A DNA stretch of 55,805 bases from Chiloscyllium plagiosum. Lineage: Eukaryota. A model generated the notes under the pieces. It saw nothing but the letters and a program-made list of their open reading frames with translations, did not search any database and was not told the DNA's origin. Below, piece after piece: positions 44,363 through 55,805 of the stretch. Positions within the stretch are counted from its first letter, which is position 1, and each line of letters opens with the position of its first letter. The DNA lies in the NCBI RefSeq assembly GCF_004010195.1, contig NC_057752.1, positions 4,709,834 through 4,765,638 of the forward strand, given 5' to 3'. Position numbers and translations under genes: made by a program.

Positions 44363-47300
44363 CCTGTACACCGTGTAAAACCCAGGCTCCTGTACACCGT
44401 GTAAAACCCAGGCTCCTGTACACTGTGTAAAACCCAGGCTCCTGTACACCGTGTAAAACCCAGGCTCCTGTACACCGTGTAAAACCCAGGCTCCTGTACA
44501 CCGTGTAAAACCCAGGCTCCTGTGCACCGTGTAAAACCCAGGCTCCTGTACACTGTGTAAAACCCAGGCTCCTGTACACCGTGTAAAACCCAGGCTCCTG
44601 TACACCGTGTAAAACACAGGCTCCTGTACACTATGTAAAACCCAGGCTCCTGTACACCGTGTAAAACACAGGCTCCTGTACACCGTGTAAAACCCAGACT
44701 CCTGTACACTGTGTAAAACCCAGGCTCCTGTACACCGTGTAAAACCCAGACTCCTGTATACTGTGTAAAACCCAGGCTCCTGTACACTGTGTAAAACCTA
44801 GGCTACTGTGAGCTGTGTAAAACCCAGGCTCCTGTACACCGTGTAAAACCCAGGCCCCTGTACACCGTGTAAAACCCAGGCTCCTGTACACCGTGTAAAA
44901 CCCAGGCTCCTGTACACTGTGTAAAACCCAGACTCCTGTACACCGTGTAAAACCTAGACTCCTGTGCACCGTGTAAAACCCAGGCTCCTGTACACCGTGT
45001 AAAACCCAGGCTTTTGTACACCGTGTAAAGCCCAGGCTCCTGTACACCGTGTAAAACCCATGCTCCTGTACACCGTGTAAAACCCATGCTCCTGTACACC
45101 GTGTAAAACCCATGCTCCTGTACACCGTGTAAAACCCATGCTCCTGTACACCGTGTAAAACCCATGCTCCTGTACACCGTGTAAAACCCATGCTCCTGTA
45201 CACCGTGTAAAACCCATGCTCCTGTACACCGTGTAAAACCCATGCTCCTGTACACCGTGTAAAACCCATGCTCCTGTACACCGTGTAAAACCCATGCTCC
45301 TGTACACCGTGTAAAACCCATGCTCCTGTACACCGTGTAAAACCCATGCTCCTGTACACCGTGTAAAACCCATGCTCCTGTACACCGTGTAAAACCCATG
45401 CTCCTGTACACCGTGTAAAACCCATGCTCCTGTACACCGTGTAAAACCCATGCTCCTGTACACCGTGTAAAACCCATGCTCCTGTACACCGTGTAAAACC
45501 CAGGCTTTTGTACACCGTGTAAAGCCCAGGCTCCTGTACACCGTGTAAAACACAGCTCCTGTACACTGTGTAAAACCCAGGCTCCTGTACACTGTGTAAA
45601 ACCCAGGCTCCTGTACACCGTGTAAAACCCATGCTCCTGTACACTGTGTAAAACCCAGGCTCCTGTACACTGTGTAAAACCCAGGCTCCTGTACACTGTG
45701 TAAAACCCAGGCTTCTGTACACTGTGTAAAACACAGGCTCCTGTACACCGTGTAAAACACAGGCTCCCGGAACCGTGTAAAATCCAGGCTCCTGTACACC
45801 GTGTAAAACCCAGGCTTCTGTACACTGTATAAAAACCAGGCTCCTGTACACCGTGTAAAACCCAGGCTCCTGTACACCATGTAAAACCCAGGCTCCTGTA
45901 CACCGTGTAAAACCCAGGCTCCTGTAACCGTGTAAAATCCAGGCTCCTGTACACTGTGTAAAAACCAGGCTCCTGTACACTACGTAAACTCAGGTTCCGG
46001 TACACTATGTAAAACCCAGGCTCCTGTACACTGTGTAAAACCCAGGCTCCAGTACACTGTAAAACCCAGGCTCCTGTACACTGTGTAAAACCCAGGCTCC
46101 TGTACACCGTGTAAAACCCAGGCTCCTGTACACTGTGTAAAACCCAGGCTCCTGTACACTGTGTAAAACCCAGGCTCCAGTACACTGTAAAACCCAGGCT
46201 CCTGTACACCGTGTAAAACCCAGGCTCCTGTACACCGTGTAAAACCCAGGCTCCTGTACACCGTGTAAAACCCAGGCTCCGGTACACCATGTAAAACCCA
46301 GGCTCCTGTTACCGTGTAAAATCCAGGCTCCTGTACACCGTGTAAAACCCAGGCTCCTGTACACCATGTAAAACCCAGGCTCCTGTACACTGTGCAAAAC
46401 CCAGGCTCCTGTACACTGTGTAAAACACAGGCTCCTGTACACTGTGTAAAACCCAGGCTCCTGTACACCATGTAAAACCCAGGCTCCTGTACACTGTGTA
46501 AAACCCAGGCTCCTGTACACCGTGTAAAACCCAGGCTCCTGTACACTGTATAAAACCCAGACTCCTGTACACCGTGTAAAACCCAGGCTCCTGTACACTG
46601 TGTAAAACCTAGACTCCTGTACACCGTGTAAAACCTAGACTCCTGTACACCGTGTAAAACCCAGACTCCTGTACACCGTGTAAAGCCCAGGCTCCTTACA
46701 CCGTGTTAAAACCCAGGCTCCTGTACACCGTGTAAAACCCAGGCTCCTGTACACCGTGTAAAACCCAGGCTCCTGTACACCGTGTAAAACCCAGGCTCCT
46801 GTACACCGTGTAAAACCCAGGCTCCTGTACACTGTGTAAAACCTAGACTCCTGTACACCGTGTAAAACCTAGACTCCTGTACACCGTGTAAAACCCAGAC
46901 TCCTGTACACCGTGTAAAGCCCAGGCTCCTGTACACCGTGTAAAACCCAGGCTCCTGTACACTGTGTAAAACCCAGGCTCCTGTACACTGTGTAAAACCC
47001 AGGCTCCTGTACACTGTGTAAAACCCAGGCTCCTGTACACTGTGTAAAACCCAGGCTCCTGTACACTGTGTAAAACCCAGGCTCCTGTACACTGTGTAAA
47101 ACCCAGGCTCCTGTACACTGTGTAAAACCCAGGCTCCTGTACACTGTGTAAAACCCAGGCTCCTGTACACTGTGTAAAACCCAGGCTCCTGTACACTGTG
47201 TAAAACCCAGGCTCCTGTACACTGTGTAAAACCCAGGCTCCTGTACACTGTGTAAAACCCAGGCTCCTGTACACTGTGTAAAACCCAGGCTCCTGTACAC

Positions 47301-47887
47301 TGTGTAAAACCCAGGCTCCTGTACACTGTGTAAAACCCAGGCTCCTGTACACTGTGTAAAACCCAGGCTCCTGTACACTGTGTAAAACCCAGGCTCCTGT
47401 ACACTGTGTAAAACCCAGGCTCCTGTACACTGTGTAAAACCCAGGCTCCTGTACACCGTGTAAAACCTAGACTCCTGTACACCGTGTAAAACCTAGACTC
47501 CTGTACACCGTGTAAAACCCAGACTCCTGTACACCGTGTAAAACCCAGGCTCCTGTACACCATGTAAAACCCAGGCTCCTGTACACCGTGTAAAACCTAG
47601 ACTCCTGTACACCGTGCAAAACCCAGGCTCCTGTACACCGTGTAAAACCCAGGCTCCTGTACACCGTGTAAAACCCAGGCTCCTGTATACTGTGTAAAAC
47701 CTAGACTCCTGTACACCGTGTAAAACCCAGGCTCCTGTATACTGTGTAAAACCCAGACTCCTGTACACCGTGTAAAACCCAGGCTCCTGTACCCTGTGTA
47801 AAACCCAGACTCCTGTATACTGTGTAAAACCTAGGCTGCTGTGAGCTGTGTAAAACCCAGGCTCCTATGAGCTGTGTGAAATCCAGG
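44363..47887. repeat. 26-bp minisatellite, roughly 135 units, consensus CCTGTACACYGTGTAAAACCCAGGCT
   Basis: Directly visible tandem array; source of all the YRSLGFTRCTG ORFs. Confidence 0.98.
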
Positions 47888-48136
47888 AAAATGTCCCATC
47901 TCTGCACTCCTTGAAATGCTTTGTTCCCTCATCTCTTGCGTGTCTTCAAGGCCTGACATACAGCAGGCATCGTTTCCACTGGTACTGACAGCTCTCCTTT
48001 CACCATGGGCATCCACTACTGTGCGGGAGGCTGAACACCCTCTGTGGAAGCCATCACATATCCTCAAATGCCTTCCAGCTGGAGTCACAATAAATTGAAC
48101 AGAGCCTAAAGTTGGCTCCTTCTTGTTTCGCTTCTG

Positions 48137-48688
48137 ACCTGCAGGACATTGAGGCAAATATTACCTCCTCTCGTGATCTGACTGGTCTCAGAAATGAGTG
48201 AAACCCATGAGGAGTCGGGACCAGAGTCTGGGAGTCTGGGTTTTACACAGTATACAGGAGCCTGGGTTTTACACAGTACCTGCAGGACATTGAGGCAAAT
48301 ATTACCTCCTCTCGTGATCTGACTGGTCTCAGAAATGAGTGAAACCCATGAGGAGTCGGGAACCAGACCAAACGGGAAAGAGACATTATATTGAAAAATA
48401 TATTGATGGCAACATATATATTTAAGACTGAGGTAGATAGGTTCTTCAGTTTTAAGGGAATCAAGGGTTACAGGGAGAAAGCAGGAGAATGGGTTACACG
48501 GTGTACAGGAGCCTGGGTTTTACACAGTATACAGGAGCCTGGGTTTTACACGGTGTACCAGACCAAACGGGAAAGAGACATTATATTGAAAACTATGTTG
48601 ATGGCAACATATATATTTAAGACTGAGGTAGATAGGTTCTTCAGTTTTAAGGGAATCAAGGGTTACGGGGAGAAAGCAGGAGAATGGG
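48137..48688. repeat. Two local direct duplications (~89 and ~132 bp), each pair separated by inverted 26-bp satellite units
   Basis: A at 48137-48225 and 48278-48367; B at 48362-48493 and 48557-48688; inserts 48226-48277 and 48494-48558. Confidence 0.9.
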
Positions 48689-48840
48689 GTTGAGCAACGT
48701 ATCAGCCATGATTGAATGGCGGAGCAGACTCAATGGGCTGAATGGCCTAATTTCTGCTCCTATGGCTTCTGGTCTTATAACATAAACTTTAGTTATAAGT
48801 ATACAATCCACAGCACGATTGGCAGTTCAGGACAGATTGA

Positions 48841-49712
48841 AGGATATGGGGTGCCCATTCCAGGTGTGTGCCATGTATAAGGGTATGATTCCTGATGAAG
48901 GGCTTTTGCCCGAAACGTCGATTTTCCTGCTCCTCGGATGCTGCCTGACCTGCTGTGCTTTTCCAGCACCCTCTGATCTAAACTCTGGTTTCCAGCATGT
49001 GCAGTACTCACTTTTGCCTTAGGAGTATGGGGTGTCCATTCCAGGTGTGTGCCATATATAAGGGTATGGGGTGCCCATTCCAGGTGTGTGCCATGTATAA
49101 GGATATGGGGTGCCCATTCCAGGTGTGTGCCACGTATAAGGGTATGGGGTGTCCATTTCAGGTGTGTGCCAGGTATAAGGGTATGGGGTGTCCATTCCAG
49201 GTGTGTGCCAGGTATAAGGGTATGGGGTGCCCATTCCAGGTGTGTGCCATGTATAAGGATATGGGGTGCCCATTCCAGGTGTGTGCCACGTATAAGGGTA
49301 TGGGGTGCCCATTTCAGGTGTGTGCCAGGTATAAGGGTATGGGGTGCCCATTCCAGGTGTGTGCCAGGTATAAGGGTATGGGGTACCTGTTCCAGGTGTA
49401 TATCAGGTAGAGGGATATGGGGTGCCCATTCCAGGTGTATGCTAGGTACATGGGTATGGGGTGCGCATTCCAAGTGTATGATGCTAGGTACATGGGTATG
49501 GGGTGCGCATTCCAAGTGTATGCTAGGTACATGGGTATGGGGTGCCCATTCCGGGTGTATAACAGGTAGAGGGTTATGAGGTGCCCAATCCAGGTGTGTA
49601 CCAGTAGAGGGGTATGAGGTGCCCAATCCAGGTGTATGCTTGGTACATGGGTATGGGGTGCCCAAACCAGATGTGTGCCAGTAGAGGGGTATGGGGTGCC
49701 CAATCTAGGTGT
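48841..49712. repeat. 39-bp minisatellite (GGGTATGGGGTGCCCATTCCAGGTGTGTGCCATGTATAA), interrupted by a PLE fragment at 48888-49020
   Basis: Period 39 (units at 49062, 49101, 49140...), producing 13-aa repeats in the ORF track. Confidence 0.93.
48888..48923 (+). ncRNA. Minimal type I hammerhead ribozyme motif (PLE-associated), best-preserved copy
   Basis: AUUC-CUGAUGA(48892-48898)-A-GGGC-UUUU-GCCC-GAAAC-GUC(48917-48919)-GAUU. Confidence 0.7.
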
Positions 49713-50334
49713 ATGAGCCCAGGCAGGTACAACTGCACGGAGTGTCTCTAATTGAGATTCTGCAAGCCCAGCAGCTGCAGATCTGAAAATAGAAGCAGAA
49801 ACATCCAGAGCAAGTGGCTGAAGTTGGAGAGGGCGGAAATGACCAATTCAACTGGAGGAATACAGTCAGAATAGGAATCTGAGTCCAGACGGAGGCCACA
49901 ATCCCTTTTCAAGTCCAGATAGACTCACAGAGGGGTAACCGCTGGATGCCGGGACAAGAGACAGTTTGGAGTGAGTGGAAGAGGTTACAGAACAGAAAGA
50001 AAATTCTTCCAGGTCGATGTGGGAACCAGTGATCCCAGAAAGGAAACGAAGAACAGTACAGCACAGAAAAGGCCCTTCAGCCCACCATGTCTGTGCTGAC
50101 CACGATGCCATTCTAAACTAATCCCATCTGCCTGCACGTGGTCCATATTCCTCTATTCCCTGCCTGTTCATGCATCTGTCTTCATACCTCTTCACTTTGC
50201 TAACATATTTGCTTCCATGATCTCCAGGGAAAATATAAAGTGTTGAAAAATAGCAAATAGGAATACAGAAAGTAGATGCCCATGTGAATATATGGCAAGA
50301 TTGATAGAGATGCATCAAAGACGTTCTTCCTCAC

Positions 50335-51120
50335 AGACAGAGGGTGGTAGTGGAGGGTTGTTTTTCAGACTGGAGGCCTGTGACCAGTGGAGTGCCACAA
50401 GGATCGGTGCTGGGTCCACTGCTTTTTGTCATTTATATAGATGACCTGGATGTGAATATAGGAGGTATGGTAAGTTTTGGTAAGATGACACCAAAATTGG
50501 AGGTGTAGTGGAAAGCGAAGAGGGTTACCTCAGATTACAACAGGATCTTGACCAGATGTTGCGGCTGTACAGGACATTGGTTCGGTCACTTTTGGAATAT
50601 TGCGTGCAATTCTGGTCTCCTTCCTATGGGAAAGATGTTGTGAAACTTGAAAGGGTTCAGAAAAAATTTACAAGGATGTTGCCAGGGTTGGAGGATTTGT
50701 GCTATAGAGAGAGAGGCTGAACAGGCTGGGGCTGTTTTCCCTGGAGCATTGGAGACTGAAGGGTAACCTTTTGAAGTTCATAAAATCACAAAAGACACAG
50801 ATAGGGTAAGTAGACAAGGACTTTTCCCTAGGTAGAGGAGTCCAGAACAAAACGGAAAAGGTTTAGGGTGAGAGGGGAAAGATATAAAAGGGACCTAAGG
50901 GGCAACTTTTTCACACAGAGGGTGGTACGTGTATGGAATGAGCTGCCAGAGGATGTGGTGGAGGCTGGTACAATTAAACATTTAAGAGGCATTTGGATGG
51001 GTATATGAATAGGAAGGGTTTGGAGGGATATGGGCCAAATGTTGGCAAATGGGACAAGAGATATCTGATCGGCATGGACGAGTTGGACCAAAGGGTCTGT
51101 TTCCGTGCTGTGCATCTCTG
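50335..51120 (+). mobile_element. CR1-type LINE fragment with internal deletion
   Basis: [16 protein letters not shown] segment joined to [21 protein letters not shown] and the 3' tail. Confidence 0.88.
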
Positions 51121-53271
51121 TGTATCCGTTGCCTAACACCATGTGCAATTAGCTATTGGGAGTGGCTTTTCTTTTGCCTCAACCTTATCTAAACCGAGCT
51201 AAGCCTCCTGTTTTGTAAACATTTGAATTGGAAGCTGGAGAATTCTACTCAAACACGCCCCTCAACACACGCAAAAACACTACTCTGCCATCCAGTAAGA
51301 TCATGGCTGATCACAGTACTCCACATTTCCACCCGCTCTCAAAAACGTTTCACCCCTTTACTGATCAACAATCTATCTACCTGTGCCCTGAAAACATTCA
51401 AAGTTAATGTGGCAAAGTAAAGCTGGAAAATGTGGACACCGCCCCTCCAGCCCTACGTCCAAACCTTTGCTGTCGATAATGAATGTTCAAAAGCACAGAA
51501 AGCAAAAAGGTCTTTTCTAAGTGTATTGATAGAAAGATAACTGAGGAGAGGAGAGTTAGTTCCATTTCAGGAGTTCGAATTATGCAGATGTATTCTGGGA
51601 TCATTGGCTAATGTAATGTGCTTTCTCACAAAAAAGAAATGCAGTATCAGCTCGTTAGAGTTTAATATCTGTAGTAGGCATGATTCGGCTATCTTTAATA
51701 ATTAAAGATTAAATTATGAAATATGTAGAGGAGGAGAAAATTGTTTGAAACAGCCAACATGGACTTCAGAGAGGAAACTCCTGCTCCAGAGTCGCGATAG
51801 ATTCTGAGGTGGCAATAAGGTAGCACGGTGGCTCAGTGGTTAGCACTGCTGCCTCACAGCGCCAGGAACCTGGGTTCGATTCCAGCCTCGGGTGACTGTG
51901 TGGAGTTTGCACATTCTCCCCATGTCTGTGTGGGTTTCCTCCCACAGTCCAAAGGTGTGCACATCAGGTGAATTGGCTGTCTAAATGTTAGGTACATTAG
52001 TCAGGGGTAAAGATGGGGTAGGGGAATGGGTCTGGGTGGGTTACTCTTCAGAGGGTGGGTGTGGACTTGTTGGGCTGAAGGGCCTGTTTCCACACTGCAA
52101 AGATGTTTAATCTAAACAAGCTGCTATGGGGATGGGGTGATGCAATGGATGTGGTGGGTAGGGCATTAGAACAAGCCTTTGGCAAGTTCTGAGGAAAAGT
52201 CACTCGACCTGAGACGTTAACTCTGATTTCTCTTCACACGTGCTGCCCAGATCTGCTGAGTTCTTGCAGCAGCTTCTGTCTTTGTTGTCTTTGACCGGGT
52301 ACACAGTAGATCGCTGGAAGCGAGTAAGGGGCATGGGATTATCGGGAGGCAGAAAACTGGATCACCAATTGTTTAAAGAGAGCAAGAGAACAGAAATTAA
52401 AGACAGTTTCAGTTGGAAACGATGATTAGTCCTTCAGAGTTCCGATCACTGTGTACAGCCGTGGTTTGGATATGGATTAGAGGGACTGACATTTAAATTT
52501 ATCAGTAAAAAATAGGAAGCACAGTAAATTATTCTGAGGATCAAGGAAGCTGTAAGGAGAGATGACAAGATAGCAGTAAAAATATGGCAGATGGAATTCA
52601 ACATCTATAAGTGTCAGGTGCTATCTTTTTACCTTAAGAATCAATTGTATTGACGTAGGCTAGGCTCAGCGATATAGAACAGCTGAGGGATTTGGAAGTT
52701 GAGCTTCGCATGACATTAAGTGGATCAAATAAAAGCTAATGGAATGCTGGGTATTGTGCCAAGAGGTATGAAATATAAATGTTGAGATAAAACCTCTATA
52801 AAACTGCAGTTGTAGTCACCTGCAATTTGGCCTCCAATTGGAAGAATGTTGAGGGAATAGAGAGGATACAGACGAGACTCACAATGATACAAATCCACTC
52901 TCCACTTTGGAGTCTTACTATGAAGCAAATTCACAGGGATGTTTCCTGGTGTGAGGAAGTACAAGTCACAACTACATTTTGAAGAAAGATTGGTGCTGTT
53001 TCTCATAGAGAGGAGCATTGATGGTTATGATGAGTTAGGATAGTACTAATAGAAACAGATTGTGTCCCAGTGATTGAGGGTTCTCAACTGAGGACCATGT
53101 CAACTTCACATTAGTTGGAAGTATTTTCAGATCGAGAGAAGGAGAAATCTTTTCGTACAAAGGACTACAGAGTGCGTGGCTGGAGTTGGCCGCCGAGACT
53201 AGATCCACATTTAAGTATTGTTTAGAACAGAGGAGTGGGAATAGAGAAAATGAGAACATGACTTCTTTAGG

Positions 53272-53613
53272 CACTCTTCTCACAGAGCGCTTTAGGGAAC
53301 ATCTCCGGGACACCCGCACCAACCAACCCCACTGCCCCGTGGCCCAACATTTCAACTCCCCCTCCCACTCTGCCGAGGACATGCAGGCGCTCCACCCTCC
53401 CCTTCGACCTATCACCTTTACCCCCACCCCCAATCACCTATTGTACTCTTTGCTATCTTCTCCCCAGCCCCACCCCCCTCCCATTTATCTCTCCACCCTG
53501 GAGGCTCCCTGCCTTCAATCCTGATGAAGGACTTTTGCCTGAAACATCAATTTTCCTGTTCCTTGGATACTGCCTGACCTGCTGTGCTTTTCCAGCACCA
53601 CTCTAATCTAGAC
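53272..53613 (+). mobile_element. Penelope-like element 3' fragment: GIY-YIG endonuclease C-terminal part plus terminal repeat
   Basis: LTERFREHLRDTRTNQPHCPVAQHFNSPSHSAEDMQ, followed by CTGATGAAGGACTTTTGCCTGAAAC and the shared tail. Confidence 0.8.
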
Positions 53614-54957
53614 AGGGCTTCTTTACTCAGAGAATGTGGAGGTTTGTATCACAGGGGAGGCGAAACAAGGAAGGGGAGGGGGTGACAATGCTGGATTCAG
53701 ATTCGCAAAGTTCAGAAGAGGCTGCAGTGGAGCATAAACATCAGCATTTCCTGGATGGATAGAATGGCCTTCATCCAAGGCCATCCATCCGACATAATCC
53801 CACATAAAGACAGGTACATGGCATCAGGTCTCCAGCTGGTTACCAGAATTCCACAAACTAATACCAAGACTAATACCAGTGCAAAAGCAAACAAGCAAAT
53901 AGCCTCCAAAGTATTTATTTCAAATGTTAGTACAATCCTTCCTTCCTCCCAATGCAGAGGTTCACTTTCAGAAGTAAATCAGATGTTTTGTCCTTGTAAA
54001 TGGGTGCTGAATGTGACTGTTTATTGTGATGTTTCCTCCAGCTCCTCAGTACCACGGCATGTGTGACCATCAATCTTCCTAATCTCCTGCAAGTCTGGAA
54101 TGCCAAACTGAAAGGAGAGATTTTCCAAAGTGTGTGGGCACCTTCCTTCGATGCAGAGTCTTGTTTCTTAAACACTCTCACACTCGGTCTCTTCATTACA
54201 AGCTAGTATTGCAGAATGCCTCAAAACCCTATCATATCTTTCGACCTCGTCGAGAATTCTGAGATTGGCCGGCGTATTTGCGCTCAATTATTGCATGGGC
54301 AAAGATGGACTGCAGAACAGACAGAGTAGAGATTCCTGCCATCTATTCTGGGCTTATTTGAGGTCGAGTGAAGTTAGTCCTGGGTATTGGAGCTTTTCAG
54401 ATTTCTGAGTTCATTTCTGATATTAATGGAGTTTTTAAGGCTTTTCTTTGAAAGGGACAGTTGGATAACCAATGCTACCAACCCCAATTTCAGTTACTGT
54501 TGGCGTGTCCTGTGGTTGTGAAAGGTGTTATATAAGATTCATAGTCATTACGGCAGAGAGGAAAGTCAATTGGGCCATCAAGTCAAAGCCTTTTCTCTGT
54601 CAAACCTATAGACATAGAGTTGTACGGCATGGAAACAGACCCTTCGGCCCAACTTGATGATGCCGACGCAATATCTTAAATAAATCTATTCCCATTTGTC
54701 AGCGTTTGGCCCAGAATCCTCTAAACCTTTCCCATTCATATACCCACCCAGATGCCTTTGCACTGCTGTAATTGTAACCAGCCTCCACCACTTCCTCTGG
54801 CAAAAAATTGTCCCTCAGAATTTCACTGTTTATTTTTCTTAGAATGAACTCCAGAGGTACTTGAAACTAAACAGCAGCAGTCAGCTGTGAAGGATCACTG
54901 TCTGGTCAGACAACTCTGTGGCTTTACTGCTCCATTTTGTTACACCTTCCACATGGA

Positions 54958-55152
54958 ATACATTGTACTGCTATAATGCGAGTTTTGTTAGTGCAAATTT
55001 GCTATCACATGATTGACGAATTGCGGATACTGTCTCTAAACAACAAACTTTTAAAGCGTGTATTAGTTATAACGCCATTCTGGCCCATTAGTTTAAATGG
55101 TGCCGCTATTACACGGGATTGCATGAGAACAGAACTACTGAGCTATAGCAGA
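54958..55152. mobile_element. Degenerate Tigger-like MITE
   Basis: TACATTGTACTGCTATAATGCG at the left and inverted CTATAGCAGA at the right; the right end is interrupted by a PLE fragment. Confidence 0.4.
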
Positions 55153-55448
55153 TTCTGGATTAGAGTGGTGCTGGAAGAACACAGCAGTTCAGGCAGCATC
55201 CGAGGAGCAGTAAAATCGACTTTTCGGGCAAAAGGCCTTCATCAGGAATACAGGCAGAGTGCCTGCAGGGTGGAGTGATAAAAGAGAGGAGGGTGGGGGA
55301 GGGGAGAAAGTAGCATAGAGTACAATAGGTGAGTGGGGGTAGGGATGGAGGTGAAAGGTTAGGGAGGAGGGTGGAGTGGATAGGTGGAAAAGAAGATAGG
55401 CAGGTAGGACAAGTCATGGGGACAGTGCTGAGCTGGAAGTTTGGAACT
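55153..55448 (-). mobile_element. Penelope-like terminal fragment with a near-intact hammerhead motif
   Basis: Minus strand CTGATGAAGGCCTTTTGCCCGAAAAGTCGATT at about 55245-55214; same family as 53400-53613. Confidence 0.75.
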
Positions 55449-55449
55449 G

Positions 55450-55805
55450 TTAGTCACAGGTGAGGTGCCAGAAGACTGGAGGTTGGCAAACGTGGTGCCA
55501 CTGTTTAAGAAGGGCACTAAAGATAAGTCAGGGAACTATAGACCAGTGAGCCTGACGTCGGTGGTGGGCAAGTTGTTAGAGGGAATCCTGAGGGACAGGA
55601 TGTACATGTATTTGGAAAGGCAAGGACTGATTCGGGATAGTCAACACGGCTTTGTGCGTGAGAAATCATGTCTAACAAGCTTTATTGAGTTTTTTGAAGA
55701 AGTAACAAAGAAGATTGATGAGGGCAGAGCAGTAGATGTGATCTATATGGACTTCAGTAAGGCGTTTGACAAGGTTCCCCATGGGAGACTGATTAGCAAG
55801 GTTAG
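55450..55805 (+). mobile_element. Young CR1-type LINE RT fragment, running off the window end
   Basis: Stop-free frame [21 protein letters not shown]...NYRPVSLTS...DSQHGF...YMDFSKAFDKVPHGRL. Confidence 0.92.

Noticed and set aside
44363..47887. CRISPR-like array
   Set aside because: The units are contiguous with no unique spacers, there are no cas genes, and the context is vertebrate.
44041..47907. Long minus-strand ORFs up to 495 aa (YRSLGFTRCTGAWVLHGVQEPGF repeats)
   Set aside because: These are translations of the 26-bp satellite, whose minus strand lacks stops in all frames. There is no gene structure.
48793..49703. His/Pro-rich ORFs with 13-aa repeats
   Set aside because: Open in several frames on both strands because the repeat unit is 39 bp; one runs straight through a PLE insertion.

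Overview
Vertebrate genomic DNA, almost certainly from a cartilaginous fish. The repeats look like those of sharks; an orectolobiform species is my inference, not a database result. The window holds one complete recognisable gene: a 9-exon type III intermediate-filament gene on the minus strand, best called peripherin (prph). Its CDS is join(43722-43235, 28343-28283, 26159-26064, 25298-25137, 23814-23689, 20389-20169, 16810-16767, 16653-16580, 15677-15630), 1320 nt or 439 aa, with all introns GT-AG and a TATA box about 55 nt upstream of the ATG. The rest is mostly repeats: CR1-type LINE fragments, tRNA-derived SINEs, Penelope-like element (PLE) fragments, Gypsy-type LTRs, Tigger-like MITE remnants, a microsatellite, three minisatellites (31, 26 and 39 bp units) and two N gaps. 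Almost all ORFs in the supplied track are repeat-derived or spurious. The most notable non-genic signals are: (i) minimal hammerhead-ribozyme motifs (CUGANGA...GAAA-NUH) in several PLE families, some sequestered in their own inverted repeats inside prph introns; (ii) an A-sat'-A-B-sat'-B template-switch scar beside the 26-bp minisatellite upstream of prph; (iii) an LTR with a tRNA-Ser(GCT) primer-binding site and a gag stub; (iv) an R-to-Q change in the conserved intermediate-filament tail RDG motif. Repeat boundaries were read by eye and are approximate. Family names and protein comparisons come from memory; no searches were run.
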